From Candidatus Saccharimonadota bacterium (GTDB lineage: Bacteria; Patescibacteriota; Saccharimonadia; Saccharimonadales; VXPC01): DNA of 60,229 nucleotides. The position numbers were made by a program, and so were the translations under genes. The DNA lies in contig JAPOWB010000008.1 of the NCBI GenBank assembly GCA_026707815.1, positions 1-60,229 of the forward strand. The letters run 5' to 3'. Under the pieces are notes generated by a model. It made no database searches, was not told where the DNA came from, and saw only the letters and a program-made list of their open reading frames with translations. Within the stretch, counting starts at the first letter, position 1. Each line of letters opens with the position of its first letter. Positions 46,108 through 58,485 of the stretch are shown here, one piece after another.

Positions 46108-47858
46108 AGGGTTCGTTTTTTAACTTCTTGGCGATAAAATTCCAATTTATCATTCTCTTTAAGATTAATTTTTTTGGCAGTAGCCAAACGCACTCCACAC
46201 ATAACCCCCTGCTCAACTTCTGAGACATCAGTTGAACCTTTAGCTAAACTTTTAACTTCTAAATCCTCGGCTAAAATCTCGCCTTCTCTTGAAATTCTGA
46301 CTAAAGCGGGCAAGCTGAGACGCCCAGAAATAACTTGACCACCACAAATTAATTCTGTTTTAGCAGTTTTAAAAATGCCCTTAATTTGCAACTGACCCAA
46401 ATCGGTAGTGATAATCTGAGGAGTTAATAAAGACTCTAAAGCTAATTTAACATCTTCTAATAATTCATAAATGACATCATAGCTCTTAATAATTACCCCC
46501 AGTTTAGTGGCTAGTCTTTTGATATCTTGGGATATAGATAAATGAAAGCAATAAATTGTTGCTTGACCAATTTTCGCAACATTTAAATCATTCTCACTAA
46601 TCTCGCCAACACCGGCATTGACAACACGATGAGCAACTTCCTCTGTATCCAAGACTTTCAAGCCGTCTAAGATAGCCGTTAGCGAGCCTTGGACATCAGC
46701 TTTAATAAGCAATTTATATTCCTGAATCTCAGTTTGGCGATTAATCATTCTTAATAACTCACCTCGACTCATACCCGAAGATTGAAAATCTGTTTGTTGG
46801 TGATGTTGATTGGCTAGTTGTTTGGCTTCTTTTTCGGAAGCGACTACTCGGAAATTCTGACCAAATTCTGGTAAAGATTTGAAACCACTGACAACAACGG
46901 GTGTCGAAGCTGAAGCTTGGCTAATGGTCTTAGACAGGCTGTCTTTAAGAGAGCGGATTTTCCCCCAGCTGCCCCCAGCAACCACGAAATCCCCAAGCCT
47001 TAAAACTCCTTCTTGAATTAAAACTGAAGCCACAGCTCCCAAACCTTGCTTCATAGAAGCTTCAATGATAACCCCAGTGGCTAAACCTTGAGAATCAGCT
47101 TGAAGTTCTTGTATATCCGCCAAAAGTAAAATCATGTCTAAAAATTCATCAATTCCTTGACCAGTCTTAGATGATAAAGGAATCATCACCACTTGACCAC
47201 CTAAATCCTCAGCTAGGAGATCTTGTTCAGCTAATTGCTGTTTGACTAATGATAAATTGGCGTTATCTTTGTCAATCTTAGTTAAAGCAACTAAGATTTT
47301 AACATCTGATTTTTTAGCAAATCTAATTGCTTCTAAAGTTTGAGCCTTGACACCATCATCACAAGCGACAACTAAAACCACTAAATCTGTTAATAACGCT
47401 CCGTGTTCTCTGACAGCAGCGAAAGCTTCGTGTCCAGGGGTATCTAAAAACGTAATCAGGCGATCTTGATGCTTAATCTGCATAGCGGAAATATGCTGGG
47501 TAATGCCACCAGCTTCAATAGATACTTGATCACTGCCTTGGATTTTATCTAGTAAGCTGGTTTTACCATGATCAACATGCCCCATAACAGCTACAACTGG
47601 TGGTCTAGTTTGGTTAATGACATTCTCTCGCATGAGAGGTTGTTCTGCATCAGCCACCTTCGACGGGGCGATTACCTTAACATCTAAACCCAGCTCTTCA
47701 ATTAAAAGAGAGACTGTATCTAAATCTATTCGCTCATTCAAGGTCAGCATCAGGCCATTACGAATCAACTGGGAGATGAGACTAGTAGCTGGTAAATCTA
47801 ATTGTTGAGCTAGATTGCTGACTGTAATCGTCTGGTCGATAGTGATAGTTCGAGTCAT
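46104..47858 (-). CDS. infB: Translation initiation factor IF-2 (short N-terminus)
   Basis: G domain with VVAVMGHVDHGKTSLLD, DTPGHEAF and TKID. 584 aa. Confidence 0.95.
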   Translation of the reverse strand: MTRTITIDQTITVSNLAQQLDLPATSLISQLIRNGLMLTLNERIDLDTVSLLIEELGLDVKVIAPSKVADAEQPLMRENVINQTRPPVVAVMGHVDHGKTSLLDKIQGSDQVSIEAGGITQHISAMQIKHQDRLITFLDTPGHEAFAAVREHGALLTDLVVLVVACDDGVKAQTLEAIRFAKKSDVKILVALTKIDKDNANLSLVKQQLAEQDLLAEDLGGQVVMIPLSSKTGQGIDEFLDMILLLADIQELQADSQGLATGVIIEASMKQGLGAVASVLIQEGVLRLGDFVVAGGSWGKIRSLKDSLSKTISQASASTPVVVSGFKSLPEFGQNFRVVASEKEAKQLANQHHQQTDFQSSGMSRGELLRMINRQTEIQEYKLLIKADVQGSLTAILDGLKVLDTEEVAHRVVNAGVGEISENDLNVAKIGQATIYCFHLSISQDIKRLATKLGVIIKSYDVIYELLEDVKLALESLLTPQIITTDLGQLQIKGIFKTAKTELICGGQVISGRLSLPALVRISREGEILAEDLEVKSLAKGSTDVSEVEQGVMCGVRLATAKKINLKENDKLEFYRQEVKKRTL

Positions 47859-47884
47859 AAATCTGCCCCTCCATTGTCTTCGCC

Positions 47885-48994
47885 TTAAGCTAGACTCAGC
47901 TTGATTTTCTTATCCGTCTTATCAATATCCGTCACAATAAATTTCTTTTTCTCGCCGACTGAAATGCTCTTTTTTAAGTTCTCCAACTCTTCGGCAGTTA
48001 ATTTTTGATTGCCCGATTCTTGAGTCTTAGATGAATTTGCCTGCTTATTGTCCTGAGTTAAATAAAGCAAAGCTTCAACCACCGAACTAAGACGAACAAA
48101 AGCTCCGTAAGGCGTAACTCGAGTAATCACTCCTTCCACTTCCGAGCCTTTTTTGAGCTTGCCAACTTCCTGAGCCCATGGATCTTCTGATAATTGTTTC
48201 AAGGATAAAGCCACTCGCTCATTATCAATAGCGATAATTTTAACTTTAATCATCTCATCATTCTTAATATGTTTTCTAGGATCTTCGACTCGCCCCCAAG
48301 AGATTTCAGAAATATGAATCAGACCTTCAATGCCATTCAAATTGACAAAAGCTCCGAAATCAATAACTCCGGTGACTTTACCTTCGACAATGTCGCCAAC
48401 ATTCAATTTTTTCAACTGTTCAGCCACAGTTTCTTTTAAGGCTTCTTTTTCAGAGAAAATTAGCTTATTCTCTTGACGATTCATATCTAAAATACAGACT
48501 TGAATAGAACGATCGATTAGAGCATTTAATTTAGTTAGGATCTCATCTCTATCTGATGAGTTAACCCGAGGATAATTCTCGGTAGATAGCTGAGAAATGG
48601 GTAAGAAGCCTCTCATGCCATCAAGTTCGACTAGCAAGCCTCCTCGATTAACATCGTGACAAGTTACACTGACAATCTGATTGTTATCATAAATTTTCTG
48701 AATTTCTTCCCAAGATTTTTCCTTCATAGCCCGTCTTAAACTGAGCAAAACATAGCCTTGCTTAGTCTCGGGCATCATAACGCTAACTGATAATTTATCA
48801 CCAACTTTTAAGCTCGAAGCTCCGACCAATTCTCGCCGAGAAATAATGCCGATGCCAAAGTGACCAACATCTAATAAAGCTTCATGTTTTTGAAGTTCAA
48901 TAATTGTTCCTTCAATAACATCCGCCGGATTCAGATTCTCAATTGTCTGATTCTTTAAGAGTTCATCCATAGTCGTAGCTTGCTTTGTAGCCAT
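47885..48994 (-). CDS. rpsA: 30S ribosomal protein S1 (four S1 domains)
   Basis: Repeated S1 OB-fold signatures (G.V..v...G.fV.l..g.eGl.h.se). Confidence 0.88.
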   Translation of the reverse strand: MATKQATTMDELLKNQTIENLNPADVIEGTIIELQKHEALLDVGHFGIGIISRRELVGASSLKVGDKLSVSVMMPETKQGYVLLSLRRAMKEKSWEEIQKIYDNNQIVSVTCHDVNRGGLLVELDGMRGFLPISQLSTENYPRVNSSDRDEILTKLNALIDRSIQVCILDMNRQENKLIFSEKEALKETVAEQLKKLNVGDIVEGKVTGVIDFGAFVNLNGIEGLIHISEISWGRVEDPRKHIKNDEMIKVKIIAIDNERVALSLKQLSEDPWAQEVGKLKKGSEVEGVITRVTPYGAFVRLSSVVEALLYLTQDNKQANSSKTQESGNQKLTAEELENLKKSISVGEKKKFIVTDIDKTDKKIKLSLA

Positions 48995-49123
48995 AAAATA
49001 ACCTCTGGTTCAGATGCTGAACCTATTTTTATTTATCAGTATCTAAAATTACAACTAGTTTAACATAGATGAGATTGAAAAATCAAAATCTCCCATAGTA
49101 TCTAAAGACTAAGATGAAATTAT

Positions 49124-49369
49124 CTAGACTCTGACTCGTTGAATATCGATTGTTTTAGATCCTCGTCGGCTTTTTGTACCACCGACAGAACCAACTAGTT
49201 TGGCTCGTTGCAAACCTGTTAAACCATCACTTCCGATTTTGCTACTGGCAAATCCACCTTGACGGCTTTTTTGTCCCCCTTTACGTCCAATTCGAACATA
49301 AAAATCACGACCATGTCGTTGCCGAATTGTTCTAGCAGCTTTATGACCACCCCGTTCAGTTCCAGCCAT
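49124..49369 (-). CDS. KGG-repeat general-stress-type small basic protein
   Basis: 81 aa containing GRKGGQKS and GGTKSRRG (KGG-like motifs). A GGAGG Shine-Dalgarno is present. Confidence 0.65.
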   Translation of the reverse strand: MAGTERGGHKAARTIRQRHGRDFYVRIGRKGGQKSRQGGFASSKIGSDGLTGLQRAKLVGSVGGTKSRRGSKTIDIQRVRV

Positions 49370-49979
49370 ATAAGCCTCCTTTTATGATAAATAAGAACCT
49401 ATCAAGGTTATCTTATTAGTCCACCATGCTTGATTTCTGTTAAGCTAATAACACAACCTTTATACATCTATATCATATACTATATTAGCTTTTATATCAA
49501 GATTATGTAATTATTTTAATCAATCTAGAAACTTCAATATTACAGAAAATTTTAAGTATTGATAAATTTCATATTTGTATATTTTTCTTTAATTTCTGAA
49601 GCTAGATTTTGAATCGTCAATTCTATGACTTGACGTGCATCTATCTCCTTGGCTACATCAGATATAGCCAGTATCAAATCTCTATAAAAATACTGATCGC
49701 CTGTAAATATAATTACTTGAGATTTACCCCTGAATAGCCTGATTAGGTGGGATAAATTGGCAGTGTGAGTGGTGTTGTGCTAATGACAACGTTTTTCATA
49801 CTTAAACAGCACAAAAAAAATAACTTACACTTTAAAACTAATAGCTTAAAGTTCTGTTCTGCCTGTTTTAATGTTATGTCTGTTATTAGTCTGTATTCTG
49901 TTATGTTTTGTATAAGTATTGTTTTGCTTCATCATTGGTATCTCAGTAGCCTGCATAAAAATCATTGCTAACATCAATC

Positions 49980-50396
49980 TTAAGAGCCATGAAAGTCTTT
50001 GATAGATTGCCAGTCCAATAACATCTTTTTAAATGCCTCAGTAGTTCTACTGGGTTTTTTAAGCTCAATCCTTTCTGCTATGTGTTCTTGTACTCTAGGC
50101 TTATCCAAGACAATGATGCTAAAGGTTATGTCTTTATCTATCTGATCCTCAGCTAAGCTACTTAAATCTTTGTCTGCTACATTTTTGTATATATGCCTGA
50201 GATTTAGTATTACTACAAAATCTGTGTAAAAATGCACTTCGATATTGAGCAGATCATATGTTTTACCAAGCATTGTATAAGGCATGCCCTCTGGATTTGA
50301 ATATTTACCAGTAATAAATCTGCCATCTATTAAGGTTGAGCTTAGCCAAGCATGATATCTTTGCAAAATCTCATTTAAAAAGTTCTGACTTAACAT
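49980..50396 (-). CDS. Hypothetical 138-aa protein, third gene of the GIY-YIG operon
   Basis: Its start overlaps the upstream stop by 1 nt (TAATG). No recognisable motif. Confidence 0.6.
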   Translation of the reverse strand: MLSQNFLNEILQRYHAWLSSTLIDGRFITGKYSNPEGMPYTMLGKTYDLLNIEVHFYTDFVVILNLRHIYKNVADKDLSSLAEDQIDKDITFSIIVLDKPRVQEHIAERIELKKPSRTTEAFKKMLLDWQSIKDFHGS

Positions 50397-51106
50397 TAGC
50401 TGGAGCTGTTATTTTGCTGATGCCCTCTTTGCATATTAAAGGCAGGCAGTCTATTGTGTTCTATCTCAAATCTCTCAATCCAATACCTCTCAGCCTCAAA
50501 TTCTTTAGCATCATCATTGATTATCGAATATTCAATAGTCTTAATACCCCAGCTTTGTCTATCCTGCTGTTGCTTATATCTATCCTTTATGTTGCCTTTG
50601 CCAATGTAAATAATGTCATTGCTATCATTTCTATATCTATAAATCCCTGATATAGCATTATCCAGACTATTTATGTTTTCAGGCTCGACAGAATACTCAA
50701 AACTAGGTCTTAGCTGAATATAATAGGCGTGATTGAGAGCAGGATATTCTTTAACTTCAAAAGCTCTATTTTTAGTCGGTAATCTAGGATTGCCTGCATG
50801 CTTTAGCCACTTATAATCATTAAATAATCCTTTAGCTGTAATATTGTGGTAGTCATTTCTCCTGCCTTTACCCCTATGTCTGCCAATCTTAAGATAATGT
50901 GCTTTATCGTCTTTATCTTTGAATAAAACAAAGACAATCTGCCTCTCTGCTTCATTTATACCAATCTGAGCGTAAAAATGATTGTCTAGATCCATGTATT
51001 TACTAGCTTCAACATTAAAATAAAAGTGCAGATTTCTTAAAGAGCATAATGGCTTATTTAGTGGAGTAGATTTAACGCCTCTTGGTTGATAAAATTCTAA
51101 GCCCAT
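50396..51106 (-). CDS. GIY-YIG nuclease-domain protein with an uncharacterised N-terminal domain of about 150 aa
   Basis: The C-terminal part reads GIYRYRNDSNDIIYIGKGNIKDRY...EAERYWIERF...LPAFN, which gives the GIY, YIG, Arg and Glu/Asn positions of the GIY-YIG fold. Confidence 0.75.
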   Translation of the reverse strand: MGLEFYQPRGVKSTPLNKPLCSLRNLHFYFNVEASKYMDLDNHFYAQIGINEAERQIVFVLFKDKDDKAHYLKIGRHRGKGRRNDYHNITAKGLFNDYKWLKHAGNPRLPTKNRAFEVKEYPALNHAYYIQLRPSFEYSVEPENINSLDNAISGIYRYRNDSNDIIYIGKGNIKDRYKQQQDRQSWGIKTIEYSIINDDAKEFEAERYWIERFEIEHNRLPAFNMQRGHQQNNSSS

Positions 51107-51112
51107 AACACT

Positions 51113-51769
51113 TTAATTAGCCTGTAATTTAGCATAGTGATTTATTGTATATGCCTCATAGTAATCCAGTAAATCCTCTAGGGATATATGATCCTCGATG
51201 CTATCCATGACATCAGCTCCATTGCTATAATCTTTGCCAAGCCAGTCATATGCTTGACTGATAAATTTATCTAAGTTATCCAAAGATGATAGTCGAATGC
51301 CACTAAGCAAATCTCTGCTGAAAATCCTGCCAAAAATATATTTCAAAAATTGAGGATTAGATGAATTGCTTAAAATTTCATCAGCTCTTACTCGTTTAAA
51401 AAACTTGGCTAAGAATTGTAGTTTTGATCTTAGCTTTTGATCCTTATAAATCGAATACCAATGATTATAAGCTGTTTGAGGATTATCTGCTTTATCAAGA
51501 TTTATCAGATCATGCTTTTGCAAATCCTTAAAAAGAACATCAAAATCAGCAAACTTGCTGTTTTGATTAGTTACTTTATTCTTATCATCTGTCTTCAATG
51601 TCTGAACTGACATTGTTTCAAGGGCTGATTGATCTATTTCTGCAAAACCCCGAGATTGACCATCCAAAGAATCTAAGGCAACCCGAAATCCCCCTATGCC
51701 AGAAAATAAATCTATATAAGAAAACTTAGCCATTCTAATTTCATTATATATGGAAATTGACTTGGCCAA
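51113..51769 (-). CDS. Chimeric protein: C5-methyltransferase N-terminus (motifs I-III only) fused to about 145 aa of unrelated sequence
   Basis: FSYIDLFSGIGGF (motif I), FAEID (motif II) and ADFDVL (pre-motif IV) are present. No PCQ, ENV, QRR or GN motif follows. The likely true start is the internal MAKFSY (near 51733), with a TATAAT 9 nt upstream. Confidence 0.6.
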   Translation of the reverse strand: MAKSISIYNEIRMAKFSYIDLFSGIGGFRVALDSLDGQSRGFAEIDQSALETMSVQTLKTDDKNKVTNQNSKFADFDVLFKDLQKHDLINLDKADNPQTAYNHWYSIYKDQKLRSKLQFLAKFFKRVRADEILSNSSNPQFLKYIFGRIFSRDLLSGIRLSSLDNLDKFISQAYDWLGKDYSNGADVMDSIEDHISLEDLLDYYEAYTINHYAKLQAN

Positions 51770-51794
51770 AGTATCACTTAGCTCTCAATGAATA

Positions 51795-51823
51795 AAACCA
51801 CCCTTCATTTAAAAGGGTGGTTT
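51795..51823 (-). terminator. Intrinsic terminator of the 23S-5S transcription unit
   Basis: An 11-bp perfect stem (aaaccaccctt/aagggtggttt) with a 7-nt loop lies about 15 nt after the 5S 3' end. It is followed by T-rich sequence on the minus strand. Confidence 0.6.
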
Positions 51824-51837
51824 AAATTTATAAAAAT

Positions 51838-51950
51838 GGCGTCGTGCTATCTTCCCACAACTTAAGTTGCAGTATTGTCACCGATGCTTGGCTTAACTGC
51901 TGTGTTCGGGATGGGAACAGGTGTTTCCCAAGCTCCATGGACACCAAGCT
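51838..51950 (-). rRNA. rrf: 5S ribosomal RNA
   Basis: The reverse complement reads ...TTGGTGTCCATGGAGCTTGGGAAACACCTGTTCCCATCCCGAACACAGCAGTTAAGCC...GGGAAGATAGCACGACGCC, with the conserved CCGAAC loop and terminal helix pairing. Confidence 0.9.
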
Positions 51951-52054
51951 CAATTGACTCACTCTCTTTTTTCATAAAATCAATTCAACTTGATCTCCAT
52001 CTATCTTAAATATGTATAAAAGTCATTAAAAACAAACCACTTGGCTTTCACAAA

Positions 52055-55152
<3,098 letters not shown>

Positions 55153-55519
55153 GTGAAAATTTGTAAGTTACCAATTGGCTTGATCTTAATGACTTTTAAG
55201 ATTCAAACTAATTTCTTATACATACAATTTTAAGCCTACTTGTTAAGTTGCTAGCTCCAACTTAGATGAGTACAATACCCCAGACAAAATTCCAATCTGC
55301 ACGGAGATCGTACCTAAAAAAGTCTAAAGCTTAATTTGACAATTTATCCTCTTTTTTTAAAAAAATCTGGGAGATAAATTAGCAATTTAAACCCTAAACT
55401 ACTGAATATTCATAGTCTTAATATACTAGCAAACTCTTATAAGATTAGCAAAATAAAACCTGTAACTGGCTCTTTGGTTAATCTGATTAAATATATCAAG
55501 ATTTTACATGCAGAAAAAA

Positions 55520-57241
55520 TTAATTGGAATCAGATTCTCTCTGCTGGTGAAGTTGTTTATAAATTTTCCTCTGATCAGATTTGATTAAAATAATTAGTAA
55601 AGCTCTAGCTCTAGTACAACCAATATAATTCTTCATTTTGTTGCTGAATTTATCTTTGCTGTGACCGACATCTTCAATATCTGTTAAGATAACAACCTGA
55701 TTCTCTAAGCCTTTATAAGAATGAATGGTTGAATAATAAATAACATCTTTGTTTTTATTAGTATGTAAATTGCTAATATTTAACTCCTGCAATTGATACT
55801 CATTCTTAAGAGAGCTTGAAACAGCTAATGATTTATGTCTATACGGGGATAAAATTATAAGATCAGAAGGCTGAAAACCATCCTTTAAAAGTTGGTCGAT
55901 AATCTTAGAAGTTTGACGAACTTGGTCAGCTTGGTCGGTATACCACAGATGTTTAACTGGCATACCTTCTATGGGATCTTCAACATTGATTTCCATACCA
56001 GTCATTAATTGAGTCTCATTGACTATATTTAAGGTGTTGCGACAATTGGTATTTAAATTCAATAAAGTTGAATAGGATTTAATTTTTTCAAAAACTTTTG
56101 TCAAATCCCCATCATAGATATTTTGATTCTCATCCAAACATATTAACCATTGACCTTTTTGAAGTCCTCCCACAATTAATACATCTAAAACTGATAAATA
56201 CTTTTCTGTTAATATATCTTGAGCTTCATCAACTATTAGGTAATCAAATTTATCTATAGGCTGTTTCTCAATAGCCGTTAAAAATTTGTCGGGAAATTGA
56301 TTCTGGAATAAGTCCTTCTTATCCTTGAATAAATTAATATCCTCATCAGTAAAATTGATATAGGCTCGTATAAAATTATGCAAAGAATCAATGACCGAGT
56401 TGCTCTGAATCAAATCTTTATGCATAGTCTTTAAGTGACCAGCTAGCAATTTATTGAAACACAAAAATAAAGTCTTTCTAGCTTGTTTCTGATTGTAGGC
56501 AAACATATCCATAGCTAACATGGTTTTGCCTGTTCCAGCTCCACCAGATAAAGTAATCCGAGGATTACTTCTGACTACATCTAAATGCTTAATTTGCTCC
56601 CGAGTTAAATTAATAATTTCTTGTTCAGTATTAACGGCATACCTATGGGATGAGATATTCAAATCAAAATCTCCCCTTAAATAATTAATAATCTCAGCCA
56701 CTTGATGCTGAGAAAATTTGCGAGATGAACGACTGCGTTTTTGCCAGTAATTGACTAAACGATGAATGTATTTAGAAATCGGTTGATTTAAATCCCTTTG
56801 ATCAAAAATAATCTCATTATTCCATTCCGAACTGGTTTGGGTGAATTCAATATCCGGAAAGACAACTCCATAACCGAAAACATATTGATTAAGATGTTGA
56901 TGTAAAACATTTTGGAGCTTGCGAGTTAGAGTATACAGAGAGCTTTGAGCCTGTTCAAAGGGTGATTGCCCCCGATGATTATGATTGAATCGATCGGTTA
57001 AAATCCAAACTCCTGATTCCCTTTTAATCCGACCACCTTTAACCTCAAGTGTAAATATGCCAGTGGTACTGATTAAAACAAAATCTACTTCTGATTCACG
57101 CTTAGAAACATGATCACTCATACCTAGAGAATGCAGACAGTACCAATAATCTAAATCTGAACTCTCTTTAAAGGCTTGGAATAACTTCTCCTCAGCTTTG
57201 GATTTATTGTCAGACTTTATTTGTTTTGGAATTAACTTCAT
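55520..57241 (-). CDS. NERD-domain nuclease fused to a UvrD-like SF1 helicase/ATPase
   Basis: The N-terminal NERD pattern is EEKLFQAF...SEVDFVLISTTGIFTLEVKGG. It is followed by Walker A (GGAGTGKT), motif II (LIVDEAQD), NCRNT, STIHSYKGLENQVVIL and YIGCTRAR. Confidence 0.85.
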   Translation of the reverse strand: MKLIPKQIKSDNKSKAEEKLFQAFKESSDLDYWYCLHSLGMSDHVSKRESEVDFVLISTTGIFTLEVKGGRIKRESGVWILTDRFNHNHRGQSPFEQAQSSLYTLTRKLQNVLHQHLNQYVFGYGVVFPDIEFTQTSSEWNNEIIFDQRDLNQPISKYIHRLVNYWQKRSRSSRKFSQHQVAEIINYLRGDFDLNISSHRYAVNTEQEIINLTREQIKHLDVVRSNPRITLSGGAGTGKTMLAMDMFAYNQKQARKTLFLCFNKLLAGHLKTMHKDLIQSNSVIDSLHNFIRAYINFTDEDINLFKDKKDLFQNQFPDKFLTAIEKQPIDKFDYLIVDEAQDILTEKYLSVLDVLIVGGLQKGQWLICLDENQNIYDGDLTKVFEKIKSYSTLLNLNTNCRNTLNIVNETQLMTGMEINVEDPIEGMPVKHLWYTDQADQVRQTSKIIDQLLKDGFQPSDLIILSPYRHKSLAVSSSLKNEYQLQELNISNLHTNKNKDVIYYSTIHSYKGLENQVVILTDIEDVGHSKDKFSNKMKNYIGCTRARALLIILIKSDQRKIYKQLHQQRESDSN

Positions 57242-57392
57242 AATTTGGTGACCAATTTTTATTTAAAGGACTTGCCTAAAGTCTAACATTAATGAAGTCA
57301 AGAATGGTAGTTTATGTATTAATCTAAATAATGTTTCAAATATCTAAAGTTCGATATTTGTACTACAACAATTCAATATTAATCTACCCATT

Positions 57393-57401
57393 TGATATAA
57401 T
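57393..57401 (+). promoter_or_regulatory. Extended -10 promoter (TGaTATAAT) 6 nt upstream of the ATG at 57408
   Basis: Reads tttGaTATAATaaatctATG with no Shine-Dalgarno. This is leaderless geometry. Confidence 0.5.
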
Positions 57402-57407
57402 AAATCT

Positions 57408-57854
57408 ATGGAAAGCTGGCCTTGGAAAAAAGAAATTGATAATCCTGTTGATTTGGCATTGATTAAAGCTGATGTTGTTTTAGGTGATCCTGAATTTATT
57501 AATACTTCTGCCGAAGAACAGGCGTTAATCGAATTAGATCAAGTTAGTGAAGATAAAGATTTTTATCAACGATATCTGGTCGAAACTGATAATGCTTTTG
57601 CTATTCCAGTAAGTTTTGATAAGACTAAACCAGTTAATATTACTCATTTTAATGAAGGTTTAATTTTCTCTGGTCAATTAGAAACTTATTCAGCTGTAAA
57701 AATAGGTCGACTAGCAATTGCTGAAATAAATGTCAGAGCTTTATGTTTAACTTTTAGTTCCCTGTTCCTACTATCTTTTTTAGGGAATGTAGAACAAGAT
57801 AGGTTGCTACATGTTCCAGCTTATGCCATAAATGACATAACGACTGAATCTTAA
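57408..57854 (+). CDS. Hypothetical 148-aa protein, divergent from the NERD-helicase gene
   Basis: An ORF with an acidic N-terminal half and a hydrophobic C-terminal segment. No motif recognised. Confidence 0.5.
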   Translation: MESWPWKKEIDNPVDLALIKADVVLGDPEFINTSAEEQALIELDQVSEDKDFYQRYLVETDNAFAIPVSFDKTKPVNITHFNEGLIFSGQLETYSAVKIGRLAIAEINVRALCLTFSSLFLLSFLGNVEQDRLLHVPAYAINDITTES

Positions 57855-58173
57855 TCATAGACTATCGTCAAAATCTAGCACCCCCTCCCTATTGATTTAG
57901 GGGGGGGCATTACATTAGGATTAAAGGGAGTTCATGGTCTCCGCCCCGCATATGCTATGCCTGTAATTTATTATCTGAATCATTTATTTTTTGAATGAGT
58001 TGGTTTAGTTCCTTCGCCCATTGCTTACTTCTCTCATTATATAGTTCTCTGTCTGCCATTTGCTTTTTAAGAATCTCAAGATCTTCTGGTTTGAGAGTGT
58101 TCGGGTCTAATTTCTTTGTGCTTATTTTAACTTCAGCAGATGCCCTAGAATACAGTTGCTCTAATTTTAACCA

Positions 58174-58467
58174 TTACAGATGGAATATCTGAATTTGATT
58201 TTGATGATGCGTGATTTGATTTTGTAATCGTGAGTTTTCAGCCTGTTGCTTCTGTATTTTATTTGCCTGATCGTGAGTCATTAATATCTCAAAGGTAATC
58301 AAAGCTAACATAAATGTAAGAATCATGTCTAAAGCAATGCTGACTGAGGCATCAGTAAACTCCAAAATAGTCGCCAAAATCGTGAGCGCTACCATCACCA
58401 CAACAATAAATAACAAAATGGGCAACAATTTAGACTTAATATATTCTTTTATCCTTTTAAATTCCAT
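58174..58467 (-). CDS. Hypothetical small membrane protein (2 TM helices plus a Q-rich tail), followed in frame by 72 more codons after a TAA
   Basis: Hydrophobic helices LLPILLFIVVVMVALTILATIL and ALDMILTFMLALITFEIL. See the finding on the in-frame stop. Confidence 0.5.
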   Translation of the reverse strand: MEFKRIKEYIKSKLLPILLFIVVVMVALTILATILEFTDASVSIALDMILTFMLALITFEILMTHDQANKIQKQQAENSRLQNQITHHQNQIQIFHL

Positions 58468-58485
58468 CTTGTGATTCCCATAAAT

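Noticed and set aside
16291-47808. Shadow ORFs within or antisense to well-supported genes. The set is 16291, 20501, 21226, 24310, 24507, 27568, 29873, 30632, 32251, 32791, 34222, 34729, 35875, 37715, 38472, 39364, 39763 and 47617 (start coordinates).
   Set aside because: Each overlaps a gene with strong motif evidence. They have no motifs of their own and reflect the usual open antisense frames of biased-composition DNA.
49765-49971. A 68-aa plus-strand ORF in the AT-rich gap.
   Set aside because: It has Phe/Leu/Cys-rich low-complexity translation typical of random AT-rich sequence, and no start context.
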